Source: Podarcis cretensis (Eukaryota). Taken from it: DNA of 64,000 bases. The notes beneath the pieces are model-generated. The model was not told where the DNA came from. It saw only the letters and a list, made by a program, of their open reading frames with translations, and searched no databases. The stretch is from the NCBI GenBank assembly GCA_951804945.1, contig OX638160.1:36704001-36768000 (forward strand), read 5' to 3'. Both the position numbers and the translations under genes were made by a program. Positions 49,939 through 63,060 of this stretch are shown one piece after another; the stretch's first letter is position 1, and each line of letters opens with the position of its first letter.

Positions 49939-51550
49939 GCATCTGTGGAGATGTTGTCGCCAGGGCCATCTTTACCCGGGGGTGCAAGGGGTGCGGGGTA
50001 CCCGGGCGGCAAATTGTGGGGGGCGCCAAATGTCAACCTACTGTATACTGGTCCCTCTCGATCGACGGCAGTGAAAAGCAGTGGAGCCAAAGTCCCTGTC
50101 TCCGTCCTCCGTCGCTCTGTTACTCCGTAGCGTCAAATATTCCCAACGAGTCATGAAACAAAAGCAGTTTTGTCTGCTGCACTATTGTTACAGGTGAGCA
50201 ATTTCCCCCCTAAAAAGAGTCAACAACTTTGGCTTTCCCCCTCCCCAAAAAAGCTCAATAAAAGTTAATTTGGGGGAGCTGGGCGGAGCTTTGTACCCCA
50301 GCGGCGCATATGCTAAAGACGGCCTTGCTTGTCGTGCACATAAATAGTATTTTCTGCTCCTTTTTACAAGAATTTCTCTGGCTGTTCTTACATATACGTT
50401 TGTATCTGAAGTTGAAGCAGGAATATGAAGAAGAAATGACTTTGAATTCAAAGAGCTGATGTGTTTGGTCATAGCAGCCGACAATATATCTGGAAGACTA
50501 GAACCGTCTAGATACGTGTATGCTTATGTTCAGAGAACTATATTTTTTATGCATGAAATGACTGCTTTAAATTATTTCCTTCGAAAATAACAGCTGTGTA
50601 CTTAGGGCTAATTCATTGTAATGGCTGACACCCCCCCAAAAAAAAACAAAACACACAACCACACGTATTGGGAATGTGCAGGGCTATTGCTGAGGTCACT
50701 ACCCAGAGGCAGCTTTGCTTAAGTTCCTATCTCAATATAAAATACCACAGGAAGGCACCACAACTGGTTTCTCCCTGTTTTGAGAATTTCCTCTCCATTC
50801 TGAAAAGAACAGTTAAATACATTTTAAACATAGATTTAATCTATTCAATCTCATCTTGATACCGGGCTAAAAAAAACCAAGTAGTACCATAAGCATCACA
50901 GCCTTTCTATAATTATGCGTGGTTAATAAATGAATTGCAGAAGAATCTAGGCTGTGCTAACAGCCATCTGTTATATACAGGCTGAACGTTTCAGTTTCAA
51001 GAACTGTAGACAATTATTAGCATATAGGTAATTGACATTATAGAGTTCATAACCCAACACCAATTACGGCAGTATGCTGCAACGATGCCAATTACCGCAA
51101 AACGTGTGGCATTTTTAAATAGAGGATCACAAAATCCCAGTGTCTTTAGGTCAATCACCACATTTCAGACTTTAAAAAAATTAATCGCACATGTTCTGTG
51201 CTGTAGCGATGGTGAGAATCTTTATATTCGTTACATTCAAGCAATATAATTTTAGACTGAGATATTCAAAAGTAACTCTCCCCTGTATTTTACTATCTTG
51301 ATAATGAATTGCGACATGATTGGGGTTGTATTAGGTTGCCAGTTTACTGCCTCTCATTAAAACTGGGCATTTTAAATGACTATTAGAACAATAAACATTT
51401 TAGACTATCTACACCACGGTGTGACCCTTGTATTAGAAACAAACACCCTAAATCAGATTTCGCAAACCTGGCACCCTCCAAAGGTTTTGGACTACAACTC
51501 CCATCAGACCCAGCCATCTCAGCAGTTGACGAAGTCTAACTATTAATTGT

Positions 51551-51873
51551 GGCTTGCCGATCGGAAGGTCAGCGGTTCGAATCCCTGTGACGGGGTGAGC
51601 TCCCGTTGCTCTTTCCCAACTCCTACCAACCTAGCAGTTCAAAAGCATGTCAAAGTGCAAGTAGATAAATAGGTACCACTCCAGCGGGAAGGTAAACGGC
51701 GTTTCCGTGGGCTGCTCTGGTTTTGCCAGAAGCGGCTTAGTCATCCTGGCCACATGACCTGTAAAAACTGTCTGCGGACAAACGTCGACTCCCTCGGCCA
51801 GTGAAGCAAGATGAGCACCACAACCCCAGAGTCGTTTGCGACTGGACTTAACTGTCAGGGGTCCTTTACCTTT
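51551..51873 (+). mobile_element. Sauria SINE (5'-truncated)
   Basis: ggttcgaatccc B-box, conserved body, cctttacctt tail. Confidence 0.92.
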
Positions 51874-52994
51874 AAGGAAAAGTGGGACATTCCAGGGTCA
51901 AATCAGAAACCAGGATGGCTTCTGTAAATCCAGGACTGTCCTTGGAAAATAGGGACAACTGAAGGGTCTGACATCATTAAATAATATATCTTCATACGGC
52001 CAGATCATTATTTGCATTTGTTAGAGTTCATCCACACTTACCTTTTTCCCTGTGCTTTCTAGGCAAATGTCTGCAATTTCCCAGACTGTGTTTGAGCAAT
52101 CTTCCCCACCCCCCGCTTTCCCCAGGAAAACCTGCTCTTTACCACCAAACTGGAGCAAACAGCAATTCAGGTTTCCCACAGATTGGCAGTGGTATAACAC
52201 AGGTTTTCGTGGATAAAGTGCCAGGGCAAAGAAATAAACACTAGGACACTGACTTGGAAAGCTTGGAGCAAAGTTAAGTGCGGATGAGCCCTTAGCCTTT
52301 ATATATTTCAAAAAGTCTCATTGTGACTTAACAAACAGATAAAATCAATTAAAAGGCAAATAAAAAAGAAAGCACAGTGGAAAATTCCTAAAGAGGTGGG
52401 GGAGGGGAGCTCACTTTAAAGTGCTGTCCTTAAAATGAGAAGTCCAAGACTTATGTGGAATAAGGGGAACTTCTGTTAATTGCATTTTCCATGGTTCTCT
52501 ATGGTTGGCTTCATGCTTTGTAGTTGTGGGACATGTTGCTGCAGTCCTGTTTACAAAGCCATAACTTAAGTGACAGGCTTTTCGCATGCAAGACCCGTCA
52601 TTCGTCAACTCTGTGGCAGGAATGAAGCAAACGGGGGTTTCTGTAGTCCTTTCGGATGTCTGCATTTGAAATATAATCTGAAGCCAAGCATCAATCCCTT
52701 CACTCCCAGCATCTGAGTAAAGGCATGGCCATCTGAAAATAATACCCAACCCGATGCAGAATATACATCTGCCTGGAGACAGAGACGTGATTATTTTCAC
52801 TGGCGTGTGAGTTTTAGCTTTTACCTGAGGCAACAAGTGCGGCTTATCAGTCCACCATGAAAATCGATCACACATGTTTTCTGAACTCTTCTGTAGTTGG
52901 AATTTGACAAGGTCTCTCACTGCAACCTCCAACCCCCTCTCTCTCACACACACAACACTTTCTGCAAGAGGGGAGAGAGAGAGACTTGCAGATA

Positions 52995-53430
52995 TATAAT
53001 TTCTATTAAATTTTCTGTTTTACAATTTAAAATACTCATGTTTACATCCTTAAGTTATCAGTGACTTCCCTTCTTCTTTCTCCATGGCTCATTTTCCATA
53101 TCATAAATCCCTGCATATTTTACAAAAACTATAACATTCAGTATTCCATTATTGCATCCATCAAAACTTATCTACACTGTTGAATTTATGTTAATGCTGC
53201 CAGCGTTTTCAGCTGCACACAATTATTTCCCATATATTCAATAAACATTTTCCAGTCTTCTCTAAACGTATGTTCTTCTTGTTCTCTTATTCTATATGTT
53301 AAGTCTGCAAGTTGCACATATTCTGTCAGCTTAAGTTGCCACTCTTCTTTGGTTGGGACCTCGCTCGTTTTCCATTTTGGGGCTAAATAAACATGGGCCG
53401 CGGTAGTAGCGTACATAAATAACCTTTCTG
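52995..53430 (-). mobile_element. L1/Tx1-like 3' fragment
   Basis: ORF 53186-53416 LAPKWKTSEVPTKEEWQLKLTEY...FREDW is homologous to the C-terminus of the 34942 ORF. Confidence 0.85.
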
Positions 53431-53556
53431 CAAGTCTTTTCCAGATTACATTTTTAAAATTGAGCTTCTTTAAAAAGATTTCTCATTCCATTAGAGTAAC
53501 AGCACACTAGGAAGGATAAAACAACTAGGAGACCCTGAAGCATATGGTTTGCCAAT

Positions 53557-53871
53557 GGGTAAAGGTAAAGGGACCCCTGACCATTAGGTCCAGTCGTGGC
53601 TGACTCTGGGGTTGCGGCGCTCATCTCACTTTATTGGCCGAGGGAACCGGCCTACAGCCAGCATGACTAAGCCGCTTCTGGCAAACCGGAGCAGCACACG
53701 GAAATGCCGTTTACCTTCCCGCCTATTTATCTGCTTGCACTTTGACGTGCTTTCGAACTGCTAGGTTGGCAGGAGCAGGGACCGAGCAACGGGAACTCAC
53801 ACTGTTGCGGGGATTCGAACCGCCAACCTTCTGATCGGCAAGTCCTAGGCTCTGTGGTTTAACCCACAGAG
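53557..53871 (-). mobile_element. Sauria SINE with small internal deletions
   Basis: 11-bp TSD ggtttgccaat (53546-53556, 53872-53882). Confidence 0.93.
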
Positions 53872-55533
53872 GGTTTGCCAATACCGCAAGGCAAAACATG
53901 GCTTCTTATGCTCAGTTGACCAGAGACAAAGGACAGAACCAAACAGGCAAAGAAGATACAAACGTATCCTTACTTCTGTTGATTGTCTAACCCTGTCATT
54001 TTTTAACTTTGGAGTAACTTAGAATGGGTATGATTGCCCCAGTGCCAACATTTCCAGGCAGCTCCTAGAACAAGGGTGGCCAACGTGGTGCTCTCCACAT
54101 GTATTTGGACTCCAGCTCCCATCAGGTTTAGGTCTCCTGAAATGCTTGACCAGGCCCACAGATCACTTGGTCGCAGTCTTCTCCACTGTGCTGAGATGCA
54201 TATGCTGAAGTTCTAATACTGCTTGCATTTAATAACAATTTAAGTTATCGTAAATATTTTAATTTATGCATCTTTCACTAGCTTAAGGTATGGATCTATA
54301 CATACAAATGATGCATGTTGTATGCAAAACTATGGTCTCTTTTGTCATCTTTTTATTGGCAGTGCATAAGTACTACAGCATCCTCAGTCCCCACGGAGCT
54401 GTTTTGAAGAGTTCCCTCATTTGGAGTTTTTGTTTTTTTAGGGGTAGGGGATACTTCTGCCAAGCTTGGGGTTCCTCTAAGCCTGCTGTTAGCTCCCTCT
54501 TGTGCATGCATCTTGGTTACATAAGGCTCAGCAGTCAGAGAACTATTAGAGGACAGGATTGTTTACAAAGAATCCAACCCGTATTAAAAGTCCAGAAAAC
54601 CCATGTTTTTTAACAAGCTGCATAAAAAGGACTCGCTTCCTCCCACCGCCCCTTCTGCAACTCCAAAATATAAATTGCCTTCCTTCAGAACTGCTGTGTT
54701 TCCTCAGACCCGGGTTTTCCTCCACTTTATTCTAAAAACCATACACATAAGAGCGAACATATGAGTTCACTAAATATTTATGGATGTAATTTACGAGCTT
54801 GGTTGAGTGCCTCTTGCCAGAATTGAAAAGGATGCCTGTGTGTGGCCTTTTAATAAAAATACAAAAAAACCCCACCATCTAGGACTGGCCTAAAAGTACA
54901 GAGGTGAACAGCAATTTTACATCAATACTGAAACTGTCAGACTTCACTGGGGGGGGAGGGGCGGAGAATGAACAGCGACTTACTGCCCACTCCAAAGTCT
55001 CACCTAACCATCAAATAAATGCCTACCTATTAAAGGGCACTCTCGCCCGTGCCATACAACTCACAGCTATGTTGCAACTGGGATGCAGGATCTGGGCACC
55101 AGGAGAATTCTATAGACCATAAAACAATATATATGCATTCTCTTAAGACCTGCACCTACTGCTTCACATAATGAGCATTACAATCAACATTATGCAGAAC
55201 TAAAGAGTCTGAAAGGTTGAGTCAGCAATCCTAGCCATGTATGCTCTCCAAGAGTCCTGGTTTTCCAGGGACAGTCCCAGAATCACAAAAGCCATCCTGG
55301 CTTCTGATTTGATCCCAAAATGTCTCTATTTCCCCCACCAGTGCTGCCACCACCGAGGTCCAGGAAGAGGAGAGGTCGCTGCTGCCAAGGGCCAATCCCA
55401 CATGACTCACAGGCTCTGACAGACAGGCAGAGGGCAGGGCCACCCTGGGCCGGAAGAAAGGGGGAGTAGAGCAGAGCACAAGGAGTCTTGATTTTTTTTT
55501 ATTTAAAAATGCTTTGTGCATCCACATCCAATC

Positions 55534-55534
<1 letters not shown>

Positions 55535-55578
<44 letters not shown>

Positions 55579-55580
55579 TT
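55535..55580. repeat. (TTTA)n, possibly the tail of a minus-strand LINE 3' UTR extending to about 55970
   Basis: Direct observation; downstream gacttcctgtc motif as in the 6963 element. Confidence 0.7.
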
Positions 55581-56268
55581 AATGTTCTTATGTTACATCG
55601 GTAAACATCATATTACATCACAAGGCTTATTATAATATATTTTTCAGCATGTATACGAAGTTTATATACAAAGTTTATATACCTAAAGAAAAGAAACAAG
55701 GACAAAAAACTATTCCAAAGTCATATATGTACCAACACTTTGGACTTCCTGTCTATCCCGTTGTATATTCCTTTTTTTTTTTCAAATGAATGTAATCTTA
55801 TTATTGTATGTTTCTTTACATTTTACCTAATACATTCCTATATCAATATGTACCCTTGGTCTTATTTCTCAACTCAGTCTCTCTCCAACGTCAATCGAAT
55901 GCTAGCATAGATAGCGAACCTTTACTGTAAAGCGTCCACGTCTAATCTTGCCACCTTCTAAAAAATTATTTATTGGTGTGTGCTTTTCTTATTATAATCT
56001 ACCAAAGAATGAATTAAAATAAAATTGAGATTCAGGGGTTTTCTCAGTACAGTGGAGGGTGTGTGTGCTGCCTTCCATTGTTGAAGTGGTGGCGGCACAT
56101 TATAATTCTGATAGGAAATGTTCTTCCATAGTGGGGTGAGAAGAAATGGGGGGAGTCAAGGAGGGTCAGTTGAGGGGGAGATAGAAATGTCCCTATTTTC
56201 ATCTGAGGAATTTTGGAGGATATGCTTACCTGGGAGTAAGCACCATGGAAAGCAGTGAAACTTACTTC

Positions 56269-56271
<3 letters not shown>

Positions 56272-56332
<61 letters not shown>

Positions 56333-56356
56333 AACACACATATATATATATATATA
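56272..56356. repeat. Compound (TA)n(CA)n(TA)n microsatellite
   Basis: Direct observation. Confidence 0.95.
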
Positions 56357-57488
56357 TTACACAGTGCGATTCAAGAAAAAGCTCACTGCATTCACTGGGA
56401 CTCACTCCCAGTTAAGGATTGCGGCTTTGCTCTATGATCCTGTCGAGTAATTTATTTTTTATCCACACCACATATTCAAGGCACTCTTATGCCACTTCGC
56501 AGTTTCTAAAAATGTGTGTTTAAAATGACTAGAATGCTTTTAGAGTGCAATCCTATACTTGGGAGTCAGCCTACTCAAATGCATGCTTCTTACTTCTGAG
56601 CAGACAGGTATAGGATTGCACTGTAAATACATTCTATTACTTCCTAGTCATTTTAAACACCATTTTCAGAAAGGTTGGCCAAAGTCGGACAATGGCCTTT
56701 TGCAGACCTTTGCACTTGGTTCACATCTTATTCAGCTGGAAGTGGCTGCAGCACAGCGTGATTTCCTCCGTGGTTATAAACATTTGCATATTTTAGCCTT
56801 CCTTGTCTTTCAAATCAAGAGCATCCAGATTTTTCCTCTCCGGTCAATAGTGGATTGTTGTTGGGTTTAAAAGAAAAAAAGAAAGGAAAGGCTTAAATAT
56901 TTATAAAGAGCCTGCTTCCCAGCTCCTTTAAATGCCCCTGTTTTCGACTCAGTTTTGTGGGAGTCTGTTTATACTAATAATGCCAAAAGTCCGTAATCCA
57001 TGGGGATTCAAACCTGTCATCTCGTCCCCCGGATGAGGATTTGGAAAGCCTGTTCAACAGCTAAATCCCCTATATTACATGTCCATGCTACCGAGAATTA
57101 AGGGACCTTTCCTGTTTTCCTCCTGGTAAGCAAATTGCTTATCATAAATGTACAAGTAACACCTTGTTCTGCTGAAATGCAAATTGCTCTCTGAATGGAG
57201 CATGTGTTTGAGGGCCTCAGAAGCAACTGCCTTCTCCTTTGGAAAAGGAAAAAAAAGCCCTGCAGGTCCCTGAGAGACGCAGCATACCAACACGAGGAAC
57301 GGCTTCCCGTTTTCCTGCCACTCAGTGCTGTGCTTGTCTGGAGGACCAGTGAATAGGTCACTTTCCCAAAGCACAAGCGTTCTTATTTTATGCTTTGCCT
57401 TATTATTTTGTCGGCGATCAGAATAAGTCTCCTGGAAACATCTCAGCATTTATTTTCCACATCCTTCAGCAGTAGTATAGGGGTCAAT

Positions 57489-57625
57489 CAGACCCTCCAA
57501 GTGCTCCTATTTCCCAGGGACAATCCCAGATTTACAGAAGCCATCCTGGTTTCTGATTTGATCCCAGTATGTCCCGCTTTTCTTTAGGATGTCCCTGTTT
57601 TCATTGGAGAAATGTTGGAGGGTTT
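57489..57625 (+). mobile_element. Dispersed repeat end, probably DNA-transposon derived
   Basis: cagaccctccaag...gccatcctggtttctgatttga...cattggagaaatgttgg recurs at 51874-51970 (minus), about 55240-55330, 58460 and 59060-59095. Confidence 0.65.
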
Positions 57626-57799
57626 GGTAGGTCATCCCTATTTCATACCCTCCAACGTTGTGTGAGAAAAATTTGGGGCATCCCCCCCATACCTATTTCT
57701 GTCACTTGCCCCCGCCCTGCCACTGACCCCTTCCTTGCCCACCTGCTTGCCCCCTCCTTCTCTCCTCTCTCTTACCTGTCCTGTCTTTGGCTTCCTGCT

Positions 57800-58055
57800 G
57801 AGAGCCAGCGTGGTGTAGTGGTTAAGAGCGATAGACTTGTAACCTGGTGAACTGGGTTTGCTTCCCCGCTCCTCCACATGCAGCTGCTGGGTGACCTTGG
57901 GCCAGTCACACTTCTCTGAAGTCTCTCAGCCCCACTCACCTCACAGAGTGTTTGTTGTGGGGGAGGAAGGGAAAAGGAGAATGTTAGCCGCTTTGAGACT
58001 CCTTTGGGTAGTGATAAAGCGGGATATCAAATCCAAACTCTTCTTCTTCCTCTTC
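57800..58055 (+). mobile_element. tRNA/CORE (MIR-like, possibly Squam3) SINE
   Basis: gccagcgtggtgtagtggttaagagc head; gggtgaccttgggccagtcac CORE-like motif; (ctt)n tail. Confidence 0.88.
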
Positions 58056-58141
58056 TGCTCAGGAAATGCTACATCTCCAGAAGATGTGAGTCCTAGAGCA
58101 GCCCCAGGATGGTCACTCCAGCCTGCACCGTGTCAGCAGAG

Positions 58142-58326
58142 AAGAGCTTTCCAAACTGTGTGTCGCGACACGTTAGTGTATCGGCTGCAGTCTCTAGGTG
58201 TGTTGCGCGAATGCTGGAAAGGGGTTAGTTCAACCTCCGGATTGCTTGTAAAACTGAATTACCTTGTCACGAAATGATGCACATCTAAAGCGTGTGCCAC
58301 CAACATGAAAAGTTTGGAAAGCTCTG
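58142..58326. mobile_element. hAT MITE
   Basis: TIR agagctttccaaact / agtttggaaagctctg. Confidence 0.75.
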
Positions 58327-58607
58327 CAGTAAACACCACATGGCCTGGAGTGGCTTCTAGGAAAATTGGGGCATCCTGCATTGTGTTCAGAAACCGGGGC
58401 AGCTTCTATAAATTTGGGGTGTCCCAATTAAATCAGGACACTTGAGGGGTCTGCTGTTCCATTGGAGAAATGTTGGAAGGTATTAAGCTATGCAACTCCT
58501 GAGCTAAGGAAATAAGAAAGCTACAACTTTTAGAAGACATCTGAAGGCAGTCCTGTATGGGGATGGTTTTTTTTTTAATGTTTAATGTTTTCTTATGTTT
58601 TTATATA

Positions 58608-58973
58608 CAGTGGTGCCTCGCAAGACGAAAAGAATCTGTTCCGCGAGTCTCTTCGTCTTGCGGTTTTTTCGTCTTGCGAAGCAAGCCCATTAGCGGCTTA
58701 GCGGATTAGCGCTATTAGCGGCTTAGCGGATCAGCTGATAAGCGCCTTAGCGGATCAGCTGATAAGCACCTTAGCGGATCAGCTGTTAAGCGGCTTAGCG
58801 GATCAGCTGATAAGCGGCTTAGCGGCTTAGAAAAAGAGGGGGAAAGGAAAAAAACCCGCAGGAACTCGCAAGCCCATAGGAAATTCGTTTTGCGAAGCAC
58901 CTCCAAAACGGAAAACCCTTTTGTCTAGCGCGTTTTCCATCTTGCGAGGCATTCGTCTTGCGGGGCACCACTG
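58608..58973. mobile_element. Tigger-like MITE with an internal minisatellite, inserted in an L2 3' UTR
   Basis: TIR cagtggtgcctcgcaagacgaa / ttcgtcttgcggggcaccactg; TA TSD. Confidence 0.9.
58722..58817. repeat. 4 x 24-bp tandem repeat cttagcggatcagctgataagcgg
   Basis: Units start at 58722, 58746, 58770 and 58794. Confidence 0.95.
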
Positions 58974-59429
58974 TATGTTGGAAGTCTCCCAGAATGGCTG
59001 GGGCAACCCTTCCATATGGGTGGGGTATAAATAGGATGCTGATGATGATGATGATTGAATAGGATGTCCCTGTTTTCATTGGAGAAATGTTGGTGTGTTA
59101 GAGTGTCAGGCTAGGACCTGGGAGGGCAGCATTCAAATCCCTGGGTGACCTTGGCTGGATCCAGAAACATCAAAGAAGCGTTTCAGTTTAAAGCGTTGTA
59201 AATTTAAACAGGGAAAACAGGTGGAGAAAACCGGGACTCTGCATCGACATCTGGTGGCACAACGTTATATTGCACATACAACGCATGCAGATCTCTTTTC
59301 CTTTACCAGTCCAGCGGAGTCCCCAGTGCCCATCACTGCCTCTCAGCCTAACCTACCTCACAGGGTTGTTGTGGGGATTAAATGAGAAGGTGAAGAGCTC
59401 CTTGGAGGAAAAGGTGAGATATAAATGCA

Positions 59430-59468
59430 ATACATACATACATACATACATACATACATACATACATA
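59430..59468. repeat. (TACA)n microsatellite
   Basis: Direct observation. Confidence 0.95.
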
Positions 59469-60459
59469 GATTGTGTTGTGCGGGAGCTCTTCCTGGTAGC
59501 CCACATAGCAATACATGCCCCCATAGCTATGTCCCTACTAAGGCTAGACAACAAAAATCATTATTTCTTAAGCAGTACTAACATGATGACTTCCAAGACA
59601 GCTTTTTGCTTACTCTCCGCTCTTGCTTTGCTTGATGCAGCACTCTGGCAATCTCAAGAGCCTGTTCACTATGCCGTGACATTTTGCTGGGTCATAATAA
59701 AGGGCGTGGAATTTTTCAAAAGTAAAGTGGCAGTTTAATCCGTAGCTATGCATGCCTATCTCTTTGTCTCCTTAGTTTGTTTGGTGTGTTTCTCTCTGAG
59801 GAAAAGCTTATTCGCTCAACAATGCCCGGAACTACCAAGCACCACAGGAGCTGACAACATTGTCCCTCCTGCAAAATAAGTAACAGCGCTTCCCTGTTCT
59901 GTTGCACCGCTGACCTGAAAAGTGTGGCACAGGAGTTATTGCTGGTCAATGGTTAGTTTATTTTTATGTGAAATTCATACAGGTTTTCTGGCCTTGATGG
60001 AGCTGGGACTTTTGGCACACAATCCTGGGAGGCAAAAAATCTTTAATTAACCTGCTTTAACATGTGGTGAGAGGGAAAAGGTTCCTTAATTAGCTTGCTG
60101 ATAACTACACTATCCCTGTGCCACCTGGACACATATTACAAAAGGTTGAGCTGAGAGCAGCATTTCTGTTCTGCCTATCAGCTAAGCAGGCTTGGGTCTG
60201 GTTAGCACTTAGATGAGAGCATGCAAAGAAGTCATGGAACATTTCCCAAAGTGGCCCTCTCTTTTTTTGTGGTAGGTGTAAATATGAATGAAATAGCTAG
60301 CAACCTGCCAACATGGTGCCACAGAAAGAGTGAAACAGCTGTGAGAGGAACAGCTGTGGAAGAGGACGAGGAAGCTGAAGAAATCTGAGGTCATAAACTT
60401 CAGTGGTGAGCCAGGGAAAGCAGAAAGGGCCACATATAACGAAAGAGACCCCATGATGA

Positions 60460-60900
60460 ATATTGTTAGCCCAGAAATGGAAACTAGAAGAAATTCTGAC
60501 AAAAGAAGAATGGCAGACAAAATTAATGGACTATGCAGAATTGGACAAAATGACAGAAAGGATTCAAAACCTGCGGGACCAGAGATTTACAGAAGATTGG
60601 AAGAAGTATATGAATTATTTGAAGAGCAATTGTAATCAACAAATTACACTAGTAGGACTACAAGAAGTTTTGTAAGGAGAAATATACGAGAAGTGTTACG
60701 AAATAGAAAATGATAGAGGTATTGGTTATGAGTTTGAAATGTAATAGGGAAGATAAGAAATGCATACTGAGAGATTAGATTGGAAAATTTTCAGACAGGA
60801 TTGATGGAAGTCAAAAATTTGAATAAGATGTAAAAGTATGTTTAACTACTGTTGAAAATGATATGTTAAAAAAAACTAATAAAAAATTATATATAAAAAA
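60460..60900 (+). mobile_element. 5'-truncated L1/Tx1-like 3' end
   Basis: LAQKWKLEEILTKEEWQTKLMDYAELDKMT...; aataaa and A tail; 19-bp TSD gaaagagacccc(a/g)tgatga (60441-60459, 60901-60919). Confidence 0.92.
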
Positions 60901-60923
60901 GAAAGAGACCCCGTGATGAGAAC

Positions 60924-61038
60924 CTCTCATGTGGAATCGCAACGTTTTGAACAAGGGTGCAATTCATTTTTCTGAAACAAAGGATCTTCTTGAGACCAAG
61001 GATGAACTGGCCTTGTCTTCACACGCCTAAATAAATGT
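60924..61038 (+). repeat. Left arm of a long inverted repeat
   Basis: Reverse complement matches 63868-63981; 6 mismatches in the 102-bp core by manual alignment. Confidence 0.9.
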
Positions 61039-61698
61039 GGAATCCAGAAGGAAGAACTGTTCTCGATCTCCAAGACCTCCCCGAGGGGTGTTAGAAGGAA
61101 TGGGAATCCCGATCATTATTTATGGATGCCTCAAACTGTCAAGGTGCTAAGTCTGGCGATTTATGTCTATGCCACTTCATTCCAAAGTAGGCTTCTAAAT
61201 GGTTTACCAAGTAAGACACTGAAATAGAAGCATCAATAATTGAAATACACAACACCTTCGAACAAGACAGCAGTTAAAATAGGAGACCCGGGTCTGAGCA
61301 ATCAAGCACATTATTTATTAATTTATATAACTGAATTTATATAATATACTAATAAAATGAAGGACCCTGAGGGAAGCTAGTACTTGTCTTCTGCTTAAAT
61401 TCCTCCAAACCAGTTTTCTCCCTGGCTAGGTTCATACGAATCTGGCTCGCTGGCTGGTTCATGGTAATCTGTCAATCCAGGCTTACTTTCGTGGGATGGG
61501 CTCCCTGATCTAGGTCTCTGATCCAGACCATGCATTGCGTTCTCATGAAAACAGGGCTCATTAGTTCCACTAGTGGAGAGTCCACTTTTAGGACAAGGAT
61601 ATATGTGAATTGAACTCACATACACACAGAGATGACTTTCTGTGTGTGCATCAGAACACCTGTGTCTAAGGATCTGCACGCACCATGCGTTTAAAGTA

Positions 61699-61741
<43 letters not shown>

Positions 61742-62450
61742 CCCCACCCAAAAGAATCCTAGGAACTGTAGTTTACCCCACACACACACACAGTTACAGT
61801 TCCCAGCACCCTTAACAAACTAGAATTCCCAGGATTCCTAAGAGGGATTAGCTTTTAATGTATCGTGTGTGTGCAGACTGAAAGGGAAGAGTGGTTCAAG
61901 GTGATTTTCAGGCCACTATACTTTCAGAGCTGCTCTTGCCTTATATGTTTTTAGCTTCCTATTTCTTCAGTGTTAGCTTTGGGTGGGGGGAGGTGCTCCC
62001 CTCCAGCTTTCCAATGCACAATACTAAATATAAATATAAAAACATGAGGAAAACGTTCCTCATGCAATTGAAAATGTACCATTCCTGGCAGAATGCCACT
62101 TCTGTCAGTCAAAGCACACATTGTTATTTTAATCTGGCATCAGTTCCATGTCTCCTGTTAATAGCATTATTAGTGCTGGAAGAGAGCCAAGCATCCTACT
62201 TTTCCAACCAATTTGTCCAATAAAATGGATTATTTGATTAAGCAGTTACTTGGGTAGGGGAAGCATAAAAGGCGTTTTCTCGAAAGTACTTGGCTCCATA
62301 ATGTTCCCGTGGACCGAACCTCGAATTCCAAGGGTTTCGATTGCACTGTGTGTTCAGTGTCAGGCTAGCACCAAAGGAAATGTAGTGATGTTGCAGATAG
62401 GATGTTTCTATTCTATGACAAAAGGGACATCATGACTAACTTGTCTTATA

Positions 62451-62797
62451 GTAAAGGTAAAGGGACCCCTGACCATTAGGTCCAGTCGTGGCCGACTCTG
62501 GGGTTGTGGTGCTCATCTCGCTTTATTGGCCGAGGGAGCCGGCGTACAGCTTCTGGGTCATGTGGCCAGCATGACTAGGCCACTTCTGGCGAACCAGAGC
62601 AGCACACGGAAAAACCATTTACCTTCCCGCCGGAGTGGTACCTATTTATCTACTTGCACTTTGACGTGCTTTCGAACTGCTAGGTTGGCAGGAGCAGGGA
62701 CCGAGCAACGGGAGCTCACCCCGCCCCAGGGATTCGAATCGCCGACCTTCTGATCGGCAAGTCCTAGGCTCTGTGCTTTAACCCACAGCGCCACCCG
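62451..62797 (-). mobile_element. Near full-length Sauria SINE
   Basis: 11-bp TSD cttgtcttata (62440-62450, 62798-62808). Confidence 0.95.
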
Positions 62798-62925
62798 CTT
62801 GTCTTATACCATGTTGTTAAAGACCAACATTTCCTGACAGGGAGGCTTTCCGTGGTAGGTAATAGTAGGTGGGGCGTGAAGCAAAAGCAGACATAGCAAT
62901 AGGTAGGAATCTTATCCCTCCATAG

Positions 62926-63060
62926 CAGGATTTCCCAAACTTGGGTCTCCAGCTGTTTTTGGACTACAGCTCCCATCATCCCTAGCTAGCAGGACTAGTG
63001 GTCAGGGATGATGGGAAGTGTAGTCCGAAACAGCTGGAGGCCCAAGTCTGGGAAACCTTG
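62926..63060. mobile_element. ~136-bp hAT MITE
   Basis: caggatttcccaaacttggg / cccaagtctgggaaaccttg. Confidence 0.85.

Noticed and set aside
52411-52953. 180-aa minus-strand ORF with a possible acceptor (tctctgtctccag)
   Set aside because: Begins in a microsatellite at a non-ATG codon; no recognisable domain in any frame
58690-58830. CRISPR-like regular repeats
   Set aside because: Head-to-tail units with no unique spacers, inside a eukaryotic MITE, with no cas genes
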